The notes beneath the pieces were generated by a model. It saw nothing but the letters and a program-made list of their open reading frames with translations, was not told the DNA's origin and did no database searches. 64,000 nucleotides of DNA. It comes from an uncultured delta proteobacterium. Lineage in GTDB: Bacteria; Myxococcota_A; Polyangia; Polyangiales; Polyangiaceae. The first letter of the stretch is position 1. The number at the start of each line of letters is the position of its first letter. Position numbers and translations under genes: made by a program. Positions 58,294-64,000 of this stretch are shown here, piece after piece. The stretch lies in contig CAWJCS010000005.1 in NCBI GenBank assembly GCA_963841435.1, positions 1,504,001 through 1,568,000 on the forward strand, written 5' to 3'.

Positions 58294-58839
58294 CTACACG
58301 CCTCCCGCGGTGAGCTCGCACAGCGCCGGCAGGTTGCGGTACTGCTGCGCACAGTCGAGGCCGTAGCCGACGATGAACGCGTCGCCGACGACGAAGCCGA
58401 CGTAGTCCACCGGTACCTCGACCTTGCGGCGCGAAGGCTTGTCGAGCAGCGCGCAAACCCGAACGCTGCGGGCGTTGCGCGCCTTGAGCAGGTTCAGGAT
58501 GTACGCGAGTGTTAGACCGGTATCGACGATGTCTTCCACCACGAGCAGGTCCTCGCCTTCGATCGGGTGGGCGAGGTCCTGGATGATCCGCACGGCGCCC
58601 GTCGAGGTCGTCCCACTTCCGTAGCTTTGCACGCCGAGAAACTCGACGCGCACGGGCAGGGGCACCGAACGCACGAGATCCGCCGCGAACACGAAGCTTC
58701 CCTTGAGCACCGGCACGACGACGGGCGCTTGCTCGCCGTAGTCTCGCGCAATCGTCGCACCGAGCTCACCGACGCGCGCCGCGATTTGCGCTGCGGTGTA
58801 CAGCACGCGGACAGCGCTCGGCAGGGGGAACTCCGGCAT
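58294..58839 (-). CDS. hpt: Hypoxanthine phosphoribosyltransferase
   Basis: VLKGSFVF, LLVVEDIVDTGLTL, LLDK and FIVGYGLD. Confidence 0.96.
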   Translation of the reverse strand: MPEFPLPSAVRVLYTAAQIAARVGELGATIARDYGEQAPVVVPVLKGSFVFAADLVRSVPLPVRVEFLGVQSYGSGTTSTGAVRIIQDLAHPIEGEDLLVVEDIVDTGLTLAYILNLLKARNARSVRVCALLDKPSRRKVEVPVDYVGFVVGDAFIVGYGLDCAQQYRNLPALCELTAGGV

Positions 58840-58894
58840 CGATCGCCACGATTAGCGGGCTCGATGTCGCGGGTCAACCGCTGCCCGCACCGCT

Positions 58895-61276
58895 CTAGTG
58901 GGGCACGACGGCGGTCCGCACGGCGGCGGCTTGCCCGTCCGTCGTGAAGGTCGCGCCGCCCCCACGGTCCAGGCGCAAGGCGGCGACACCGTGCCTGGCG
59001 AGGCGCTCGAGCACGGGCGCGTGCGGGTGCCCGAATCGATTGCGGACGCCTGATGAAATGGTCGCCCACGTAGGGCGAACCGCGGCGAGCAGCGCATCGC
59101 TCGTGGAAGTGCGACTGCCGTGATGGCCCGCTTTGAGGAGATCGGCGCGGAGCGCACCGCCGTAGCGCGCCACGAGGTCGCTTTCCTCGGCGCGCTCGGC
59201 GTCACCCGTCAAGAGCAGCGCGCGCGCACCGAAGCGGACGTGCAAGACGAGCGAATTGTCGTTGGCGCCGCGCCCGGGCACGTACCCCGGGCATGGCGCG
59301 AGGAGCTCGATGGTGGCTCCCCCGGCGTGCCGCGGACGACCGCAGAGCTCCGCAGGCCGCCGCACGGGGATGCCGCGCTCGCGGGCCAGCGCGAGCAGAG
59401 CCGCGTAGTCGGGACCCGCACCCTCGCGCTCGCCCTGCCCGCTGTCCCAGAGCTCGCCGACCGATACGCGCCGTAGCACCGACGCTAGCCCGCCGAAGTG
59501 GTCGGGGTGCGGATGCGTGAGCACGACGACGTCGAGGCGCGTCCGGCGTTCGGCGCGCAAGACGGGAAGCACCACGGCGGCACCGGTATCCACCGGGTTT
59601 CCCACCATGCCGCCCCCGTCGATGAGCCAGGCACTGCCGTCGGGCAGCTCGAGCAAGTTCGCATCGCCCTGGCCGACGTCGAGCGCGCTGAAGCGCACGA
59701 CACCGCGTGGCATCCCCTGGGAGCGCACCGCGAGCTCGACCAAAAAGAGCGCCACGGTGAGCACGCTGAACCAGAGGCGCCGATGGGCGCGCGAGCGCCC
59801 ACCGCCCGCGGAGAGCAGAACACCCGCGCCGCCCACCGCGAGGAGCGCGAGGTGAAACCCCGTCGGCTCGGGAACGCCGAACGCGAGCCACGTGGTCGCG
59901 GCGCTTTCCCAGGCGATGCGCTTCACGACGAGGAGCGCGCCCGAAGCCACGAGCGCAACACCGCGTTCGAGCTGAGGAAATGGGGCGAGAAGCACGTGCC
60001 CGAGGCAGAGCGGCAGCGCGATCGTCTCGCCGAACGGAGCCGCGAGCACGTTGGCGAGCACACCCGCGAACGTGAGCTCCGGGGCGAGCAGCGCGAGCAG
60101 CGGCGCGCACGGCAGCATCGACGAAAGCGTCGCCCCCACGCTCGCGCCGACGAAGCGCCCGACGCGCGAGGGAATGCGCTTCGCGTGGCGAGCGAGCACG
60201 GGGCCCACGACGAGCAGCCCGGACGTTGCCGCGGCCGACAGCAGGAACGAAATGTCGAAGGCGACGAGCGGATCGCGCGCGACGCCCACGACGAGCGAGA
60301 TCGCCAGGGTGCGCGTGGGCCGCGGTGCGCGGCCGAGCGCGCGCGTGAGGAACGCCGCCGACAACATGAACGCGGCACGCCACGCCGAGCCACTTCCCCC
60401 GGCAAAATCGGCGTAGACGAGCGCGAGCGGCACACCGAGCAGGCTCGCGAGGCGTGCGACCTCGAAGCGTACCGCGAGCGCTTCGACGCGCACGAGCAAC
60501 GCACCGAGCGCGCTCACGAGCGCCGCCACGGCGAACACCAGGTGCGTCCCGCTCACGGCAAGCATGTGCGAAAGGCCGCTCCGGCGAAACGCGGCGTCGT
60601 CCTCGGGGTCGAGATCGTTTTCTCCGAGCACGAGCGCGCGAGCCATCGGCTCCGCGTCGCGCACGAACGTCGCCGTGATCCGGGCACGGGCGCGAGCGCG
60701 GACGCGGTCAACGAGCGACGCGACGGCCCACCCCCGTTGGGTCACGTCACACGCCAGGATGGCGCCGCTCAGCGTGACACCGCGACGCGCCGCGCCCGGG
60801 AGCGGATCACGCAGCGTGGCGTTGCGGAAGAGCTGGAGCGGCGCAAGCTGCGCCACGACGTCGATGCGGTCGCCGCGGGCAAGGCCGTCGGGCGCGCCGA
60901 ACCCGCGCACCGTGACGGGCCCTTCGATGCTCCCGGCCTCGCAGTCGAGGCGCTCGAAGACGGCCACGAACGCGAGCGCGTCGCCCGAACGCGCCGGTGA
61001 GCCCGTGACGACACCGCTCCCCGCACAGCGGGAAGGCGCCCCGAGCGCGTCTCGCACGCGCACGCGCTCCGCTTCGAAAGCCGCGAGGGAATGTCCGGCA
61101 CGGAGCGACGAGAGCTCGACGAGCAGGAGAGCACCGACGAGCACCGGCCGGCTTACCCGCCGCACCAGGAGCGCCCCGAGCGCAAGCACCGCGCACCACG
61201 CCGGAGCCGGCGCCACCGCGGCCGCCTGCCCCAGAACGAGGGCACAGGACCCAACGAGCACGGCGTCCAGACGCAC
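58895..61276 (-). CDS. comEC: DNA internalization competence protein ComEC/Rec2
   Basis: GLSHMLAVSGTH, F.LS..A, LDVGQGDA, THPHPDH, NDNS, LLTGD, HHGS and NRFGHP. Confidence 0.93.
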   Translation of the reverse strand: MRLDAVLVGSCALVLGQAAAVAPAPAWCAVLALGALLVRRVSRPVLVGALLLVELSSLRAGHSLAAFEAERVRVRDALGAPSRCAGSGVVTGSPARSGDALAFVAVFERLDCEAGSIEGPVTVRGFGAPDGLARGDRIDVVAQLAPLQLFRNATLRDPLPGAARRGVTLSGAILACDVTQRGWAVASLVDRVRARARARITATFVRDAEPMARALVLGENDLDPEDDAAFRRSGLSHMLAVSGTHLVFAVAALVSALGALLVRVEALAVRFEVARLASLLGVPLALVYADFAGGSGSAWRAAFMLSAAFLTRALGRAPRPTRTLAISLVVGVARDPLVAFDISFLLSAAATSGLLVVGPVLARHAKRIPSRVGRFVGASVGATLSSMLPCAPLLALLAPELTFAGVLANVLAAPFGETIALPLCLGHVLLAPFPQLERGVALVASGALLVVKRIAWESAATTWLAFGVPEPTGFHLALLAVGGAGVLLSAGGGRSRAHRRLWFSVLTVALFLVELAVRSQGMPRGVVRFSALDVGQGDANLLELPDGSAWLIDGGGMVGNPVDTGAAVVLPVLRAERRTRLDVVVLTHPHPDHFGGLASVLRRVSVGELWDSGQGEREGAGPDYAALLALARERGIPVRRPAELCGRPRHAGGATIELLAPCPGYVPGRGANDNSLVLHVRFGARALLLTGDAERAEESDLVARYGGALRADLLKAGHHGSRTSTSDALLAAVRPTWATISSGVRNRFGHPHAPVLERLARHGVAALRLDRGGGATFTTDGQAAAVRTAVVPH

Positions 61277-61492
61277 ACGAGCGCCGGAGCACGACGTGTG
61301 CCGAGCTGCACGGCCGCGGAGGGCGCGTCACCCGGGCGGGCCGAGCGGCAGGCGGCCGCCCGGCGCCGCGCGCGGCCGCCAGGGGCGCCTCCGCCCGGAC
61401 GCGAGGTGCCGCCACGAGGGCGCTCGAGTCGCCGCGCCCCGAGGCCCGGTCAGCGCGACGGCAACTTGCCCGCGCGCGGCATCGAAGTCAGC

Positions 61493-62149
61493 TCAAGGGC
61501 CGGCGTCGCAGAGGGCCGTGCACTCTTCGGCATTGGTGCCGTAGGTGCACTCGCAGTACGAGCAGTTCGAGTCGCAGCCGCTGCAAGCGCCCGTGTTCTC
61601 GTTGCACTGATTGCCCGGGTTCTGCTCGAGGTCGCCCGAGCACGCGGCGTAGGCAGTGAGCTCCGTCTCGCACTGGGCCAGGAGCTCGTCGGTATTGAGG
61701 TCCGGCTCGACGTTGCCAGCGCAGAGCTGGCTCAAGAAGTCCTGGTAGGTCGGGCTGTGGAGGAAGCAGCGAAGCGCCGCCGCGAACTCCTCCGCGCAAA
61801 TGTCGTACTGGGCGAACGCATCCTCACAGGCGCCAGGGCAGGCCGCGATGTCGGCTGCCGTCGCCACGGCCTGGCACGAGCCGCTCGCCACGATGTTGCA
61901 AAGCTCCGTGCAGACCGCCGCCGTCGCGCCGCCTGGCGTCTGGTAGGTCGGCGGTGGATTGTCGTAGGTGGGCGGGGGCGCCTGATAACCGCCGCCGCTC
62001 GGCGGCTGGTAGCTGCCGCCCGGTGTCACGGTGTCGTCGGTCGCGCCGGGAGATTCCTGCGCGGCGTCACCCTGGGCTTTGCCCCCGCAGCCACCAGCAC
62101 CGACGCCTGCTCCGACGACCATCAGAGCGGCCATTGCAAGACGGGTCAT
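61493..62149 (-). CDS. Cys-rich myxobacterial lipoprotein
   Basis: GGAGG RBS; lipobox-like AGGC; Pro/Tyr/Gly linker; about 17 Cys. Confidence 0.8.
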   Translation of the reverse strand: MTRLAMAALMVVGAGVGAGGCGGKAQGDAAQESPGATDDTVTPGGSYQPPSGGGYQAPPPTYDNPPPTYQTPGGATAAVCTELCNIVASGSCQAVATAADIAACPGACEDAFAQYDICAEEFAAALRCFLHSPTYQDFLSQLCAGNVEPDLNTDELLAQCETELTAYAACSGDLEQNPGNQCNENTGACSGCDSNCSYCECTYGTNAEECTALCDAGP

Positions 62150-62239
62150 GAAGCCTCCTATCGAAAGGGAACCAGTGAGTCTGACACGTCACGGGGCGGC
62201 CAGCCCGAAGCCGAGCCGCCGCCCCGCGCATGAGGACCG

Positions 62240-63058
62240 TCAGAAGTAGTAGAAGGCCGCGATCCCGTTCGTGAAGATCGCCCAGGGGTTCGTGCCGGCG
62301 CTCGTCTGGAAGGCCGTGCGGCTGGATTTGTAATCGATGTCGGCTGCCGGAGCGGCGGGCGTGCTGTCGGTCGTCGTGCCCTTGTCGAGCGCGAAGCCGA
62401 GGCCGACCGAGCCCTGCAGCGACAGCTGCGGGAGACCCATGAAGCCGAAGTGGATCTCGGCGCCCGCGCGCGCGCCGATGTCGAGGTGGAAGCCGCCGTG
62501 CGAGAGGTCACCCTCGGTGGCGGAGCCGTTCGGGTCCTGGCCGAGGCTGGCGAAGCCGATGTTCGCCTCGGGCGTCAGTTGCCAGGAGAAGTGACCCGTG
62601 TTGGCGAGCGCCAGGGGAACGCCCGCGTGGATGGTGAGACCGAAGAACGAGTCGCGATCCGCCCGGAGAGCCGCCGCAGGGGGCGTTTCCGTGCTGACGC
62701 TGCCGCCAATCACGGCGAGGCCGAGGCCGACGTTGAGGCCGATCATCGAATCGAGCCAGTAGCGAACCCCCACGACGGGTGCCGCACCCGTGAAGACGTA
62801 CGGGGTCGTGTTCGCGCCGGGGCCGCCAGCGGGGATGTTCGCGCCAGCACCTGACTCGCTGATGCCGAAGTACCCGACGGCGAGCCGACCCACCATCTGG
62901 TCGTGGTCGCTGCTCGCCGATGTGGCTGCCGCGGGAGCTGCTCCGGGAAGGGAAACGCCGACGTTGCCAGAGCCGCTGGCGGCCGCGTCCTGAGCGAAGG
63001 CCCCGGTCGTCGCGGTCATCACCGCCAAGGTTGCTGCGCCAAAGATCGTGTTTCGCAT
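62240..63058 (-). CDS. Outer-membrane beta-barrel protein
   Basis: GGAGG RBS; signal peptide ending AFA; alternating amphipathic strands; terminal AAFYYF beta-signal. Confidence 0.8.
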   Translation of the reverse strand: MRNTIFGAATLAVMTATTGAFAQDAAASGSGNVGVSLPGAAPAAATSASSDHDQMVGRLAVGYFGISESGAGANIPAGGPGANTTPYVFTGAAPVVGVRYWLDSMIGLNVGLGLAVIGGSVSTETPPAAALRADRDSFFGLTIHAGVPLALANTGHFSWQLTPEANIGFASLGQDPNGSATEGDLSHGGFHLDIGARAGAEIHFGFMGLPQLSLQGSVGLGFALDKGTTTDSTPAAPAADIDYKSSRTAFQTSAGTNPWAIFTNGIAAFYYF

Positions 63059-63203
63059 AGATTTCCTCCGATTTTCGGACGTTCATCGGCGACCCCGCGC
63101 GGGCCGCCCGTCTTAGAATGACGACCATGCTCCTCCGACTGCCCCGTGAAGGTCAACTCGAGCGCAACGCGGCGCGTCATCCACTCGCGGCTCTGAGGCT
63201 TAC

Positions 63204-64000
63204 CTGACGAAAGCACGAGAGAAATCGTCAGCCTCGAAGCTTCGCGCGGACTTGCTCGTTCTCGAGCGAGGCCTCGCGGAGACGCGCGCCAAGGCCCAGG
63301 CGCTCATTCTCGCGGGGCGGATCCTGACGGGCACGCGACGGGTGGACAAGAGCGGCGAGCTCCTGGCGCGGGACGCCCCGCTCGAGCTCAAGGCGGGCGC
63401 GCGCTACGTCTCCCGTGGCGGTGACAAGCTCGAGGGAGCCCTGGTTGCGCTGAAGGTCAATGTTTTGGGCGCGCTGTGCGCCGACGTCGGCGCCTCGACC
63501 GGCGGCTTCACCGACTGTCTGCTCCAGCACGGCGCTGCGCGCGTGCTTGCGATCGACGTGGGCCACGGTCAGCTCGCGGCGTCGCTCCGCGGCGACCCGC
63601 GCGTCGTCGTGCTCGAGCGAACCAACGCGCGCACGCTCACGGCCGAGGCGCTCGGCGGCCCGGTTGACCTCGCCGTCGTCGATGTTTCGTTCATCGGCCT
63701 CGCCAAGCTGATGCCCGCGCTCCGCTCGATTCTGCGCCCGGGCGGGCGTCTGCTCGCGCTCGTGAAACCCCAGTTCGAGGCGGGCCGCGCCGAGGTGTCA
63801 CGCGGCCGCGGGGTGATCCGAGACGAAGCCGTTCGCGAGCGCGCCATCGACGACGTTCGCACGACGCTGCGCGCGGCGGGCTTCGAGCTGCTCGCCGAGG
63901 CCGACTCCGAGCTCAGGGGGCCGAAGGGAAACCTCGAGCGCTTCGTGCTCGCGCGCCTGGCGGCACCCTCCGAGAGCGTCGCCGCTCAGCCCAAAAAGAC
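63204..64000 (+). CDS. tlyA: TlyA family rRNA methyltransferase (3' end beyond window; probable CTG start)
   Basis: KLRADLL...ETRAKAQALILAG (S4 domain), YVSRGGDKL, DVGASTGGFTDCLLQ, DVGHGQL, DVSFI, LVKPQFE and GPKGNLE. Confidence 0.95.
   Translation, partial: MTKAREKSSASKLRADLLVLERGLAETRAKAQALILAGRILTGTRRVDKSGELLARDAPLELKAGARYVSRGGDKLEGALVALKVNVLGALCADVGASTGGFTDCLLQHGAARVLAIDVGHGQLAASLRGDPRVVVLERTNARTLTAEALGGPVDLAVVDVSFIGLAKLMPALRSILRPGGRLLALVKPQFEAGRAEVSRGRGVIRDEAVRERAIDDVRTTLRAAGFELLAEADSELRGPKGNLERFVLARLAAPSESVAAQPKK

Noticed and set aside
1-64000. Hundreds of long overlapping Arg/Ala/Pro-rich ORFs in the six-frame track
   Set aside because: These are shadow ORFs expected at about 70% GC. 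They have no motifs and overlap well-supported genes.
1-64000. CRISPR arrays, tRNA/rRNA, IS elements, prophage or defence genes
   Set aside because: I saw no regularly spaced repeats, RNA gene signatures, transposase/integrase or nuclease motifs by eye. A covariance-model search would be needed to exclude small ncRNAs.

Overview
High-GC (about 70%), gene-dense chromosomal segment from a myxobacterium, most likely Polyangiaceae/Sorangiineae. Evidence for this is canonical mglBA, many Gly-rich or Cys-rich lipoproteins, a Hanks-type kinase, a triple-DsbA protein and a Myxococcus-type LexA box. I found no rRNA, tRNA, CRISPR array, transposase or phage gene. The left end (1-6043) is the best candidate for an uncharacterised system. 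It has homologues of the M. tuberculosis Rv1679/Rv1680/Rv1681 trio: an acyl-CoA dehydrogenase, a signal-less PhnD-fold protein and a TusA-fused radical SAM enzyme. The radical SAM gene sits in a tight operon with an NDP-sugar epimerase, a TIGR04282/DUF2064 transferase and a GT2, and a LexA-boxed dinB lies between the two halves. The 8.6-31.7 kb region is rich in carbohydrate and envelope genes: an ATPase-less sugar ABC transporter, an arylsulfotransferase, a GT-C-like membrane protein, a pectate lyase, a GT4, two tandem beta-helix lipoproteins, a CBM-like lipoprotein and ThuA. It also carries a two-pseudogene scar. The right half holds a kinase/partner pair, mglB-mglA-recX, two giant TPR-DUF3857-transglutaminase paralogues (one catalytically dead), triple DsbA, an orphan sctQ/fliMN with a plausible internal start, and yggS, rarA, a CPA2 antiporter, hpt, comEC and tlyA. 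Five apparent single-base insertions break otherwise intact genes and are probably long-read assembly errors. Family assignments come from motif recognition and memory, not from database searches.
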